Notes: generated by a model from the letters alone, not told the origin. Positions 1 to 9,710 are shown, numbered from the stretch's first letter. The stretch: 64,000 nt of DNA from a virus (IMGVR_UViG_3300012041_000023:6159-70158), one strand, 5' to 3'. A program made the numbers and translations.

Positions 1-16
1 TTACAAAGTGTGCCCG

Positions 17-3000
17 CTAGTTCATCGGTTGGACGGGCGGCAAGCGAGGCTCCGCAGGGCTGGGAGTCAAGCTAGCGGCGAACACGGGAAACCTCAGGAC
101 CTCGTTGCCGCCTCGTCCATCGGGCTTCCGCTGGATCAGGTGCGGCGCGCTGTCGGCCGAGAAGTGGAGCTTGCCCTCGCGGATCATGGCGTCGATTTTG
201 GACCAGTAGGCTTTGCTCTTATTGAGCTGCCCGACCGCCCAGTAACCAATCCTATCCTTGCCTACTATCTTCACGGAGCCAATCACGGGATCGTCCTGCG
301 TGTCGGCGTCCATCGCGTGGTGGAAAAGCAAGGGCCTCTCTCCTTGGAACTCGTCCAGCCACAGATTTGAACGCTCGGTGAAGTGGTCGCGCATGGTACT
401 AATGTCCGGCTGGGAGGCGTCCCCGAATCGGATGAGATAGCCTGCAAACTGACCAGACGAGCCCGGCAACGCCTTCACCGCGCTTCCGATTACGCGCCAA
501 TCTGGCCAGTCCCACGCCTTCCCCCCGCCACTGCTAATGAACTGGTTGATCGGCTGCTGCCGCTGCTCGATGAGATACACGTCCATCAGGGCTTGGCGCT
601 GCTCGGGCGTAAGCTGGGAGACGGCGTGGGCGCGCTCCTCCTCGGGGATCTTCTCCAGGTAATCCCAGTAGCGCGAGAAAGGGCTCTCCGGCGCATAGCC
701 CGCCTCTTCGCCATACTGCTCGGCCAGCGCGCGGCGCTCGTTGCGGTCCATGTAGGTGCCCGGCGGATAGAACTCTTTCATCCGCTCTTCCCAGGTGTTT
801 TCGCGCGGCACCTCAATCGGCACTTCCTGCGGCCACCACGCCGGCATCTCGTCCTCGGGCGCGGCCGGCGGGGCCAGGTTCACCCGCGTGTTCCCTTCGG
901 AGGTGCGCGGGATGAGCGTGCCCGTGAGCGGGTTCCCGGCCGTGGTGCTGGGTGTGCCCCCGCCGCCTCCCACGGTGCCCCCGCCGCCCACGGTGCCGAT
1001 GGTGCCGAGCCCCCCGCGCTGCGTGGGAGGCGGCGAGGCGTCCTGCGCGTGGGCGGTGGGTGCGCTCAACCCGTAGACCGGCCCGTTCTGCATTTGCGGG
1101 TTCGGCGGCACGTAGGCCGGCGCGGTCGCGGCGGACGTCGGCTGCCCGTAGTCCGGCACCGGGAGGTCTCCCGCCCACGCGGGGACGGGCCCACTCGCGG
1201 GGAAGCTCGTCGACTGCGGGGTAGTGAGGGGCACGTTCTGCCCGTCGTCGAACACCTGCGTCACCCTGGGCGTGGAGGCGAAGCCCTCGGGGAGCTGCGG
1301 TCCCGCGGTGGCCGGGTGCGACTCCCCAAAGCCGACCGTGGGCACGTTGATGTTCTCCACCCGCGGTCGGAGCTGCACGTTAGTGCCCACCCGCTCCGTC
1401 TCACCGCTCCAGGGGATGTTGGCGAGGTCGGCGGGGAACCGCTGGGAGAAAGCGTCCACCGGCTTCCCGCCCTGCATGTGAGCGTTGCGGGCGTCCACCT
1501 GCTGCTGCTGCCACTGCGACTCCGCCACGATGTCAGGCCACGGGTCCTGATCGCTGCCCCACATCCCGCCCACGTTGTAATAGTCCGGCTCGCGGATCTC
1601 GTGGGGAATCTTCAGCTTCTCCTCCATGTCCCAGGTGTTCGCCACGATGTTGTTCCAGGGGTCCCCCTCGATGGCGCCGCCAAAGCCCGTCCTGATCTTG
1701 CCGCGCTGGTCCTTGTAGGGATCGGCATTGACCGTACCGGCCGGTGGTTTCCCAATCGTCATGCTCGGGCTGTTCTCCTTGTAGGCCACGCCCTGCAACA
1801 GATCGTTCACCCGGTCCAGCGCCCGGCGCGTCCGCCCGTGCCGCGAGGCTTTCACGCTGTGGTAGAGCCCCTCTATCGCGTCATCAATCCCCATCACCGC
1901 CCCCTTCGCGAAGAAGTCTGGTTTTTGCTTGCCCTGCAACTGCTCGAGCCGGTCCATCCCGCCCTCGGGAAAGAACGGATGAATGCCCCGCCCGTAGCCC
2001 GGCATCGGCTCCCAGCCGTCCCGCACCGTGTAGGGATGCTGTGCCTTCCACCGCGCTACCTGCGCCCGCGACGGCGGTGGCCACACGCCGTAGTCCGGCT
2101 CGCGCCAGTCGCTCTGGATGCGCTTCCGCGCGTCGGTGGTGAGGTTCACCGAGTCCAGCACCGCCACGGACTGCCCCTGCCCCGGCGCGGGCACCGTGCC
2201 CTGCGGGCGCTCGAGGTCCTGGGCTCTGATCCGTGCCCCCGGAATCTGGCGGACGGGATAGGTTCGCTGCGTGGCCACCCGTGGCGGCGCGGCGTTGGTG
2301 CGCGTCCGCGTGGCCACCGCGCCCCGGCTGCCGCGCTGGAGGGGCGCCACCGCCTGGCGCTCTTGCCGCTGCCGCGGCGGCGCCTCCCCGCGTGGCACGA
2401 AGCCTCGGCCGCGCAGGTCGTATTCCTGCATCCCCGCGTAGATGTCGCGGAAATTCTGCGCCAGATCCCCTGGGATCTCCCACGGGTGGGTGAGCTGGTG
2501 GCCGAGATTCCCGAAGAACTCCCCCGTGCTGCGCGGCAGAATGTTGGCGCGCGTAAGGGCTGCGCCGAGCGGGGTCCTGGGCGCGGCCTTGATCTGCACG
2601 TAGCCCGGCGGCATCCGCACCGGTCGCCCTGGCGGCAAGAGCTGGCGGTTGGGCGGGATGGGCTGTCCCACCCCGAAAAAGTCTGTCACCCGCCCGAGCG
2701 CGTTGCCCACCCGCGAGATGAGCCCCGACTGCGGCATCGGCGTGGGCTTGGGCGCCTGGAGCTGCATCTGCCGCCGCCGTGCCACCTCCCCGGGCGTGGG
2801 CACGTTCGGCCGCGGTCGCAGGGGGCTGTCCGGCCCGTAGCCGCCCTTGTCCTTTGAGAGCCGCGGCCCGAACCCGTCCAACCCAAAGCGCTCGGGATGT
2901 TCCAGCCGCTCCTGCCGCTCCGCCTGGTTGTAAGCATCGAGCGCATTCCGCCGCCGTCCCGCCTCCACGCTGCCCCGCTGGGTGCGGCTGATGAGCGGCA

Positions 3001-3709
3001 CGCCACTCGGTTGCCCCGCGGTGCCCTGCTGCCACTCGTCCCAGCCCATGCCGATCGGGGGCTGCTGGCGCCCGCCGAGCGGGGTGAACAGCCACGGCTG
3101 CGCGCGCTGGATGTCGCGCTTCGCGTCCTTGTCGATGTCCACCCACGCGGGCGGCGTGGCGCTGCCGTCCGGCTGCGTGGCCGGCGCGTTCGGCTGTCCC
3201 GGGCGACGGGTGGCGGAAAGCGACTGCTGCCCGGAGAGATACCAGTCCTCGAAGGTATCGAAGTTTTTGGGGATCTTCCTCATCCGCCCGGTTTCGCTCG
3301 TCGAGAAGTATTCCGGGCTGCGGCGCTTCACGTCCAGGATCACGTCGCGGAGCGCCTGGTTGAGATACTTGCTCGTCGGTCCCTGCCCGCGGGTGTTGTA
3401 GGGGAATGTCCCGTAGGCGTTCGGCACCCCGCGTATATCCTGCGTGTCGCCCGGTGTGGCCACCGCTGTGCCGCCGCTGCGCCACTGCTCCCACGTCGTC
3501 CCCGCCGGCGGCTTGGCCCGCCCGCCCGAGGGGGTGTAATACCGTGGGTTCTCCTGCCGGTCGAGAAACTGGGCGTTCTTGCGCTGGACCGGGTTGGCGC
3601 CCGAAGGCGGACCGGTGAGGATGTCCTGCCGCCGCGCCGCGTTCTGCTGCTGCAGCCGATGGTATTCCTCTAGCTCGCCGGGTGTCAGTGTTCCGTCTGC
3701 ATTAGGCAC
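17..3709 (-). CDS. HK97-type prohead protease domain (last ~150 aa) fused to a ~1080-aa Pro/Arg/Gln-rich N-terminal region
   Basis: C-terminus FAGYLIRFG...LLFHHAMD...HFSADSAPHLIQR...ASLTPSPAEPRL resembles phage prohead proteases. It lies downstream of the portal, and the domain starts right after SAVK|A (~nt 472). Confidence 0.75.
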   Translation of the reverse strand: MPNADGTLTPGELEEYHRLQQQNAARRQDILTGPPSGANPVQRKNAQFLDRQENPRYYTPSGGRAKPPAGTTWEQWRSGGTAVATPGDTQDIRGVPNAYGTFPYNTRGQGPTSKYLNQALRDVILDVKRRSPEYFSTSETGRMRKIPKNFDTFEDWYLSGQQSLSATRRPGQPNAPATQPDGSATPPAWVDIDKDAKRDIQRAQPWLFTPLGGRQQPPIGMGWDEWQQGTAGQPSGVPLISRTQRGSVEAGRRRNALDAYNQAERQERLEHPERFGLDGFGPRLSKDKGGYGPDSPLRPRPNVPTPGEVARRRQMQLQAPKPTPMPQSGLISRVGNALGRVTDFFGVGQPIPPNRQLLPPGRPVRMPPGYVQIKAAPRTPLGAALTRANILPRSTGEFFGNLGHQLTHPWEIPGDLAQNFRDIYAGMQEYDLRGRGFVPRGEAPPRQRQERQAVAPLQRGSRGAVATRTRTNAAPPRVATQRTYPVRQIPGARIRAQDLERPQGTVPAPGQGQSVAVLDSVNLTTDARKRIQSDWREPDYGVWPPPSRAQVARWKAQHPYTVRDGWEPMPGYGRGIHPFFPEGGMDRLEQLQGKQKPDFFAKGAVMGIDDAIEGLYHSVKASRHGRTRRALDRVNDLLQGVAYKENSPSMTIGKPPAGTVNADPYKDQRGKIRTGFGGAIEGDPWNNIVANTWDMEEKLKIPHEIREPDYYNVGGMWGSDQDPWPDIVAESQWQQQQVDARNAHMQGGKPVDAFSQRFPADLANIPWSGETERVGTNVQLRPRVENINVPTVGFGESHPATAGPQLPEGFASTPRVTQVFDDGQNVPLTTPQSTSFPASGPVPAWAGDLPVPDYGQPTSAATAPAYVPPNPQMQNGPVYGLSAPTAHAQDASPPPTQRGGLGTIGTVGGGGTVGGGGGTPSTTAGNPLTGTLIPRTSEGNTRVNLAPPAAPEDEMPAWWPQEVPIEVPRENTWEERMKEFYPPGTYMDRNERRALAEQYGEEAGYAPESPFSRYWDYLEKIPEEERAHAVSQLTPEQRQALMDVYLIEQRQQPINQFISSGGGKAWDWPDWRVIGSAVKALPGSSGQFAGYLIRFGDASQPDISTMRDHFTERSNLWLDEFQGERPLLFHHAMDADTQDDPVIGSVKIVGKDRIGYWAVGQLNKSKAYWSKIDAMIREGKLHFSADSAPHLIQRKPDGRGGNEVLRFPVFAASLTPSPAEPRLPPVQPMN

Positions 3710-3710
3710 G

Positions 3711-3932
3711 TCAGTACCTCAACCTCGGAATGGGCGGAATCTTCGCCAGCGTCAGCCCCCGCCGCCTGACCCCGTAGGCGCCGAAGGGATCGGCCGCGGG
3801 ACGCGGCAGCCCCGCCGGCAGCCGGGACGTGCGGATGCGCGGCGGTCCTCCGTAGAGGCGGCCGTAGGGGGCGGCTTTCGCGGACTGCACGATCTCTCGG
3901 AGCGCGGCGCTGATGGCGGTGGAATTTGGCAT
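3711..3932 (-). CDS. small basic protein with N-terminal helix-KA leader (putative internal head protein)
   Basis: 73-aa ORF packed between neighbours; N-terminus AISAALREIVQSAKA. Confidence 0.55.
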   Translation of the reverse strand: MPNSTAISAALREIVQSAKAAPYGRLYGGPPRIRTSRLPAGLPRPAADPFGAYGVRRRGLTLAKIPPIPRLRY

Positions 3933-3935
3933 GAT

Positions 3936-4295
3936 TTAGAACCTACCGCGATAGCGGTTGTTGGGCGCCGGCAGCTTCGGCGCGGGTGGGGCACGGCGGG
4001 CGTCCGGGAACTGCGCATAATACTGATCGGCCGGCATGGGATCGCCGCCGGTGCGGAAGCGTCTGGGCATCTCCACCGTTCGCTCCGCCTGCGCGATGTT
4101 CCAGTCGGAGGGGTCAATCCCATTTTTCCGCAGGTAGGCATTCACGCGGTTATTCCACCAGTAGGGATCCCTATCGTGTGAGACGAAGCGCCCGCCCCCG
4201 CTCATACTCTGCTGCCGCCCCGCTGCCTTCACCCCATCCACCAGATCCCGCAGCGCCGCCTTCACGCACGCCCTGGCCGTCTCGTTGTCCATCAT
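3936..4295 (-). CDS. small basic protein, paralog of 5692..6072
   Basis: GAGGAG RBS before ATG at 4295; ACVKAALRDLVDGVKA leader; ends PNNRYRGRF. Confidence 0.65.
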   Translation of the reverse strand: MMDNETARACVKAALRDLVDGVKAAGRQQSMSGGGRFVSHDRDPYWWNNRVNAYLRKNGIDPSDWNIAQAERTVEMPRRFRTGGDPMPADQYYAQFPDARRAPPAPKLPAPNNRYRGRF

Positions 4296-4306
4296 CGTCG
4301 TTCTCC

Positions 4307-4672
4307 TCACGCCGGCAACAGCAGAAACTCGACCTGACACACCGCGGTGTCCGCGATCCAGAAAGGGGCCACGCTGCTTGCGTGGATGCGGAAGCAGCAA
4401 ACCTCGCCCGCGTTCAATCGAATGAAGTCCGTTCCGCCGGTCGCCTGGCGGATACTGACGAAGTTCGTGGGGTCGCGGTTGATAGCGCAAAAGTATCCGC
4501 CCGTGGAGACCTCCCCGATGTCGATGGCTTCCTCACTCGTCCCCACGCTCTGCCGCTGCCAGGCGAACTGGTTCCCCGAGACGTCCACCTGCAGGTTGTC
4601 TGCCCCGAGTTCAACGACCGTTGAACCCTTGACGAACCGCACCGAGGCGAAGATGGTCGCTTCATCGGCCAT
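4307..4672 (-). CDS. beta-rich hypothetical phage structural protein
   Basis: 121-aa ORF with globular composition, tightly packed in the head operon. Confidence 0.6.
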   Translation of the reverse strand: MADEATIFASVRFVKGSTVVELGADNLQVDVSGNQFAWQRQSVGTSEEAIDIGEVSTGGYFCAINRDPTNFVSIRQATGGTDFIRLNAGEVCCFRIHASSVAPFWIADTAVCQVEFLLLPA

Positions 4673-5692
4673 CTAGCGCCGCCTCCTCGCGGTCGGCTGC
4701 TGCTGCGCCGGCGACGTCGTCCGCGGCAGCGGTCCCGTTGGGGGCACCTGCTTCTGGAGCCGGAGCAAGTCTTCCATCGCTCGCTGGTTGGCGCCGAGCG
4801 GTCCGCCCGTGCCGCCCTGCCCCGGACGCGCGCCCCCGCGTGGCTGGCGGAAGGTGGTGCCGGGCGCCCCGTAGAGGTCCGGGCGCTGCATCTGCATCTG
4901 CAGCCGCTGCTGCTTGAGGTTCTCTTCGAGGATCTGGCGCTGCAGCCGCTGCTGCTTGAGCTGATCCTCCTGGGTGGGCTTGCCCATATAGCCGCCGAGA
5001 TACATCTCTTCGAGCGTGATCGGCGTGCCGTCGTCCCATTTGGCGTTCCTTTGCTCCTCCGGGGTGAACTCCCGCGGACGCAGGGCCGTGCCGCGGAAGA
5101 AGAGATTCGGCGCCTTCGAGCGGAGCTGGAGCATCTGGTCGCGCAGGTTCTGCGACATATACTTTTCCGTGGGACCGTGCCCATACCGGTCGTAGGGATA
5201 GGTGCCGTGAACGTTCGCCCGTCCCCGGTTGCCGGCGTTGAGCAAGTCCGCCTCCTGCCGCGCCCGCTCCAGGTCCGCCGCGGTCGGCGCCCCGCTCGCG
5301 GGCGGCGTCGCACGCCCGTCCGTCGTGGCGGGGGCGTTCGGCTGCCGCGTCTGCGGTGGTGGCACCACCCGCAGCGCGGGCGGTCCGGTCGGCCGCGTGG
5401 GCTGGTTCGGCCGAATCTCTCCCGCGCGTCCCGGTGGCCCAGCGGGGGGCAGCGCCGGCGGCGGTCCCGTGGGTGGGATCATGCGCGGGATGGGGATGCC
5501 CGGCCCCAGATCCCCCTCGCGCAACTGCGGCCGCAACTGCGAGCCCCGCTGCGTGTCCGGGTGCGGCAAGGGCTGGATGCCCCGTCCCACGGGTGCACGC
5601 ACGGGCGGCTTCCCCATCGGCGCCTGCCCCTTCTTCTGCTGCTTCGCCGCTTTGCTCCAGGCGTCTACGCTGGCTACTAGTCGCTCAAGCAT
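4673..5692 (-). CDS. Pro/Gln-rich protein sharing segments with the protease extension
   Basis: TGATG coupling at 5690-5694; shares GTYPY..G.GPT.KY and QPNAPAT..ATPPA motifs with 17..3709. Confidence 0.6.
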   Translation of the reverse strand: MLERLVASVDAWSKAAKQQKKGQAPMGKPPVRAPVGRGIQPLPHPDTQRGSQLRPQLREGDLGPGIPIPRMIPPTGPPPALPPAGPPGRAGEIRPNQPTRPTGPPALRVVPPPQTRQPNAPATTDGRATPPASGAPTAADLERARQEADLLNAGNRGRANVHGTYPYDRYGHGPTEKYMSQNLRDQMLQLRSKAPNLFFRGTALRPREFTPEEQRNAKWDDGTPITLEEMYLGGYMGKPTQEDQLKQQRLQRQILEENLKQQRLQMQMQRPDLYGAPGTTFRQPRGGARPGQGGTGGPLGANQRAMEDLLRLQKQVPPTGPLPRTTSPAQQQPTARRRR

Positions 5693-6072
5693 CAGAACCT
5701 CCCCCGATAGCGATTGTTGGGCGACGGCAGGGGAGGCTTGCCGCGATACTGCACCCACGTGGGGGCTGGCAGTCTTGTTCGCATCGAATCGGCGTAGTAG
5801 ACGGGGTTCAGGTTTATCGGTCCTTGGCGGCTGTAGCGCTGCGGAGTGTAGATTGGCTCACGGCGCCCACCTGCCCACCAATTGGCATACCACCCCTCCC
5901 CCTCCCCTTCATCGTTAGCATTCGGACGCGGCATCGCGTTGCCCGCGTTGGGCGTGTTCAGGATCGGCCCCAACCGCCCCGGCGCACGGCTCACCGGATT
6001 TGCCTTGACACTCGCCACCATCTCGGCGAGCGCACACTTCACTGCCCACACCATCTCATCATTGCTATACAT
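5692..6072 (-). CDS. small basic protein, paralog of 3936..4295
   Basis: AVKCALAEMVASVKA leader; ends PNNRYRGRF. Confidence 0.65.
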   Translation of the reverse strand: MYSNDEMVWAVKCALAEMVASVKANPVSRAPGRLGPILNTPNAGNAMPRPNANDEGEGEGWYANWWAGGRREPIYTPQRYSRQGPINLNPVYYADSMRTRLPAPTWVQYRGKPPLPSPNNRYRGRF

Positions 6073-6271
6073 CCCCGTCTCCCTCCCGTGGCGGCTGCAC
6101 CACCGTCAGCACGTCCCGCAGTCCCGGCGTCAGCTTGTATCCGAGCATGGCGAGCGCCTGGATCAGCGGCACCTTCGCGTTCCGCAGTGCCACCAGTGCC
6201 CCCGCCCGTTGATCCTCGGTCACGGTGTGGCACGGGCAGCGACAGTCTTTGACGGTGCAGCAGGTGGCCAT
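6065..6271 (-). CDS. 68-aa Cys-rich protein resembling the portal C-terminal helical segment
   Basis: TGATG coupling at 6269-6273; QRAGALVALRNAKVPLIQALAMLG versus portal QRAGALLAYRNAGIPLLLACEILG. Confidence 0.55.
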   Translation of the reverse strand: MATCCTVKDCRCPCHTVTEDQRAGALVALRNAKVPLIQALAMLGYKLTPGLRDVLTVVQPPREGDGDV

Positions 6272-6879
6272 CAGCCTGTCACCGCCACCCGCGTGGGCGT
6301 CACCACCTCGGCCGGCAGCTCCGGCGCCTCCACCGCTCCGTGCCCGTTGGCGCTCTCCTGCTCGAAGGTTGTCTCCCGCGGCTGCTGCAGCTCCTCGACG
6401 CTGCCGTCCGCGAAGACGATGCGGTAGGCGATGAAGTAGCCCTCCAGCACCGCGCCGCGTGCCACGGGGGGCGCCTGCGACATCTGCGCGATCAGCGCCG
6501 CGTGGGCATCGAAGCCCGCCGCCTGCTCCTCGGCCGCGGCGCGGTCCAGGGTTGGCGCTTCGAGTGGCACGAAGTCGCCGGTCTGCTCGTTGCATACGAC
6601 GGGTTGGAACATCTCTACGGTCAAAGGATTCTCCTGTGTATTCGAACTGGCGGCGCCAGGCGTGTGCGTCTCATCCCACGTCCGCCTGGGATCGGGATCC
6701 GGCCGCACCTCGCACACGCCATCCGTCCAGTGCGCGATTTGCCCCTCTGCCGCCTTGATCGTCAGCCGCCGGCCATCCGTGCAGACGATAGGCCCCTGCC
6801 AACGCCCCGGCGTGAGGACGACCGTTCCGCCATCAGGCGCCCCGTCCACGAGCGGTTGCACCCTTCTCTCCACGCTCAC
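6271..6879 (-). CDS. hypothetical protein with a beta-helix-like N-terminal start
   Basis: QPLVDGAPDGGTVVLTPGRW resembles the lead-in to parallel beta-helices; start overlaps the portal stop. Confidence 0.5.
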   Translation of the reverse strand: MSVERRVQPLVDGAPDGGTVVLTPGRWQGPIVCTDGRRLTIKAAEGQIAHWTDGVCEVRPDPDPRRTWDETHTPGAASSNTQENPLTVEMFQPVVCNEQTGDFVPLEAPTLDRAAAEEQAAGFDAHAALIAQMSQAPPVARGAVLEGYFIAYRIVFADGSVEELQQPRETTFEQESANGHGAVEAPELPAEVVTPTRVAVTG

Positions 6880-8531
6880 GCCTCCCAGCCTCGTCCGAGC
6901 CCGTTGTTCATCACGCTCGTGCGCCCACCGGCGCCCTGCACCTTCTCCAGAATCTCTGCCACGCTCGCCACCCGCCCCTTGGGCTGCGCGATCCTGCGCC
7001 TACGCCTTGCCCCCCTGGGCGCCATGAGCGGCAGCCTCGGCGGCAACTGCGGCAGCTCGGGCGGCAGCTCGGGCAGCGGTGGCGGCACGCCCGGCGCCGG
7101 TCCCGTGATCCCTGGCGGCTGCCCCTCCGCGGTCGGCATCAGCCCCGGCGGAAGCTGGGGCGGTCCCTGCCGCGGTCCCTGCTGCGGAGGAGGAGGCTCC
7201 AGACCCGAAGCCTGCGCCTGCGCCAACTGCTGCTGCCGCACGTTCGCCAACTGCTGCTGCAGGTGGGCCTCGGCCTGCTGGTCGATGATCGCTTTCCGCT
7301 TCGCTTCCTCTTTCTCCAGCTCGTCCTTCACGTGCGGTGGAATATCGACGCCCAAAATCTCACAGGCCAGGAGGAGCGGGATGCCAGCGTTGCGGTAGGC
7401 GAGGAGGGCGCCCGCGCGCTGCACCTCGTCCTCCTGCATGATCTCGGTCTCGTCCGGGTGGAACGTGAGCTCGTAGCCCAGATCGTGCAGGAGCTGCTCG
7501 TTCAAGACTTCCGCGATCAGGTCACACTCGGGGATGATCGTTTCCGAGTAGAAGCTCTTGCGGTGCTCCTTGGCCGTGGCAAAATTGGCCGCGTCTTCAA
7601 GCAAGCTCACGGGAATGCCGAACGCCACGCAAATCTTCCGCCGGCTCGCCTCCTCCAGCCCCGGCATCCCCAGGTCCCGAATCGGGGAGCCGAGCACGAT
7701 GGGCTTCACGTCCTCGCCAATGGCCATCACTTTCCAGGCGTTCCTGACCCCCGAGAGCATCCGCTTCCAACCGCTCTCAAGCTCCTTCTTGTCCGCGTCG
7801 CTCGGGTTGCCTTTGACCTGCAGCAAGGTCAAGGGGATGGCTTGCCTCTCGAAGAATTTGGTCGCAAACACCCCCGAGGCGCGCACGAGCTGGGCACTCT
7901 CCAGTGCGACGGCGGCGGGGGAGCGGCCCGGGCCCACTTCCACGAGGGGGTCCGGCAAATGGAAGTAGATCACTTCGTGGGGCTCAAGCGAGTCCTCGCC
8001 CTGCCCCCCGCCCGCGATCTGCCCCTTGTCGCGCAGTCCCCCTTCCTCGAACCACCCCGTCTGCTGGTCGTCGTCGAGGTTCTGTGACTGCCGCCCCCGG
8101 CCAAGCACCCGGGTGAATCCCGCGATGCCGTTGTCCTTGTTGTATTTCTCCCGGATCGTGGTGGCCAGCAAGAACTGCAAGCCCAGCGTCTTGGTGTTCA
8201 GGATGTTCTGCTTCTTCCACAGGTAGCCCCGCCCGAAGAGGCAGAGGCTCGCCTCGATCCGCCACAGGATGCCTTTGAGCTGTCTCTTCCACGGGATCTC
8301 GGCATCGTCCGCCTCATCGCTGGTGCCGATGTGGCTGATCATGAACGGCATCGAAGAGACGGCCTGCGCTCGCTCCTGCGTGCAGCGATACGTCCACGCC
8401 ACCAGGCGATAGCTCTGGGTGACGGTCTTGGCCAGCTCATCCGAATCCCGGCGCAGGAAGGCGGAGTTCAGCTCCAGCGCCTTGACGCCGTCGTAGAGAT
8501 AGAGATTCTTGAAGCTGCCGAAGAGTGCCAC
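6876..8531 (-). CDS. HK97-family phage portal protein with a long Pro/Gln-rich C-terminal tail
   Basis: VAWTYRC..ERAQAVSSMPF, SLCLFGRGY, GRSPAAVA, FFERQAIP, ICVAFGIP..LL motifs; position in the head operon. Confidence 0.85.
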   Translation of the reverse strand: MALFGSFKNLYLYDGVKALELNSAFLRRDSDELAKTVTQSYRLVAWTYRCTQERAQAVSSMPFMISHIGTSDEADDAEIPWKRQLKGILWRIEASLCLFGRGYLWKKQNILNTKTLGLQFLLATTIREKYNKDNGIAGFTRVLGRGRQSQNLDDDQQTGWFEEGGLRDKGQIAGGGQGEDSLEPHEVIYFHLPDPLVEVGPGRSPAAVALESAQLVRASGVFATKFFERQAIPLTLLQVKGNPSDADKKELESGWKRMLSGVRNAWKVMAIGEDVKPIVLGSPIRDLGMPGLEEASRRKICVAFGIPVSLLEDAANFATAKEHRKSFYSETIIPECDLIAEVLNEQLLHDLGYELTFHPDETEIMQEDEVQRAGALLAYRNAGIPLLLACEILGVDIPPHVKDELEKEEAKRKAIIDQQAEAHLQQQLANVRQQQLAQAQASGLEPPPPQQGPRQGPPQLPPGLMPTAEGQPPGITGPAPGVPPPLPELPPELPQLPPRLPLMAPRGARRRRRIAQPKGRVASVAEILEKVQGAGGRTSVMNNGLGRGWEA

Positions 8532-9710
8532 TTACAGTTGTCCCACCCGCGCGTAGACCGGCCGCGCCAGGAGTGCCCCCGTGTTACTCCGCATCACGGG
8601 ATCGAGCCGCTGCCGGTAGCGCGCCCGCTCGCCCCGCGTGGGGATCCTCACCAGCGGCTGGTCCGTGTCGTCGCGCCAATTCGTATTCATCCGCGCCGCA
8701 AACTCCGCCGGTGCCCGGCCCTCCACCCAGTTGGCGATGCCCTGCCGGTAGAGGGGCACGAGTGCCCGAGCGCTTCGGATGTCCTGGACCGCGAAGGGCT
8801 TGCGCGTCATGCCCGGATCCGCCGACGCATCGCCCGCGGTGCGGAAGATGGCGAGATCCCCACCCGCAAAGCGCGCGGACTGTCCTCCCCGCGTACGCAC
8901 CCGTCCCCGGTCCCCGCCGGGCATCCCTGTCTTGAACGGTCCCGCGCGCCGCAGGAACGCCGCCACGCGGGCGAGCACCGATTCCGTGGGTTTTGCCTGC
9001 TGCAGCGCCTGCCGTACCGGGATGCGCGCCGGCACCGCGAGGCTCTGCGGGCCTGGGACCAGTCGCACGCTCTCGGGGGTGCGCGGCAGTTGCAGCCGTC
9101 GCGACGGAGGTGCGGGCTGGTCCAGGAAAAACCCCTCTTCTTTCGCTAATCGCGCACCCGCGGTGTCTCGCCAGGGGCGGAAGGAACCGCGAGTTATGAC
9201 AGCTTCGTGTGGATCAGTAAAGGGCGCGAAGCGCGCATCCGCTGTCACCTGGGCGTTTCTCTCGGGCACCATATACGTCTGGTAACGCCGATCCATGGAA
9301 TCGACGTGCAGCTTGCCGCGCAGCCCCGCCTTGTCCGGGTTCTTACCATGGCGGTAGCCGCCGCGATCGTACGCCTTCGTCGCCCGCTGCAGCCGCGCGC
9401 TGCCATAGCTCCCCACGGGATACAGCGGCTGATCGGGCGCCATGTTGGCCGGCTTCGGTCCCCGTCCCTGGCGCCACTGCGCGCGGTCGTGCAGTTCGCC
9501 GAGCCGGGCGACGATACGCTGGCCGAGCGTCATCTGCTGCGATGGGCGCGCGTTCAGGACGAAGGGGCGCCCCCACTGGGCGAAGCGGGGGTCGTATTCC
9601 CAGCGGTCGCCACGTAGGGGGCGCTCCACGTAGGAGACGGACTCGCCACGGCGGAGACGCACGGGCGCCTTCACCGCACCCATTTGCGCGATCTCGCCCC
9701 ACACGCTCAT
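8532..9710 (-). CDS. Arg-rich protein carrying the helix-K(T) module boundary
   Basis: ATGA overlap at 9707-9710; contains SVLARVAAFLRRAGPFKT and N-terminal GAVKA. Confidence 0.6.
   Translation of the reverse strand: MSVWGEIAQMGAVKAPVRLRRGESVSYVERPLRGDRWEYDPRFAQWGRPFVLNARPSQQMTLGQRIVARLGELHDRAQWRQGRGPKPANMAPDQPLYPVGSYGSARLQRATKAYDRGGYRHGKNPDKAGLRGKLHVDSMDRRYQTYMVPERNAQVTADARFAPFTDPHEAVITRGSFRPWRDTAGARLAKEEGFFLDQPAPPSRRLQLPRTPESVRLVPGPQSLAVPARIPVRQALQQAKPTESVLARVAAFLRRAGPFKTGMPGGDRGRVRTRGGQSARFAGGDLAIFRTAGDASADPGMTRKPFAVQDIRSARALVPLYRQGIANWVEGRAPAEFAARMNTNWRDDTDQPLVRIPTRGERARYRQRLDPVMRSNTGALLARPVYARVGQL

Noticed and set aside
383-2857. Long plus-strand ORFs opposite the head genes (383..2857, 12470..14659, 30115..31812, 52266..53699 and others)
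   Set aside because: GC-rich antisense shadows of well-supported minus-strand genes; no motifs or RBS.
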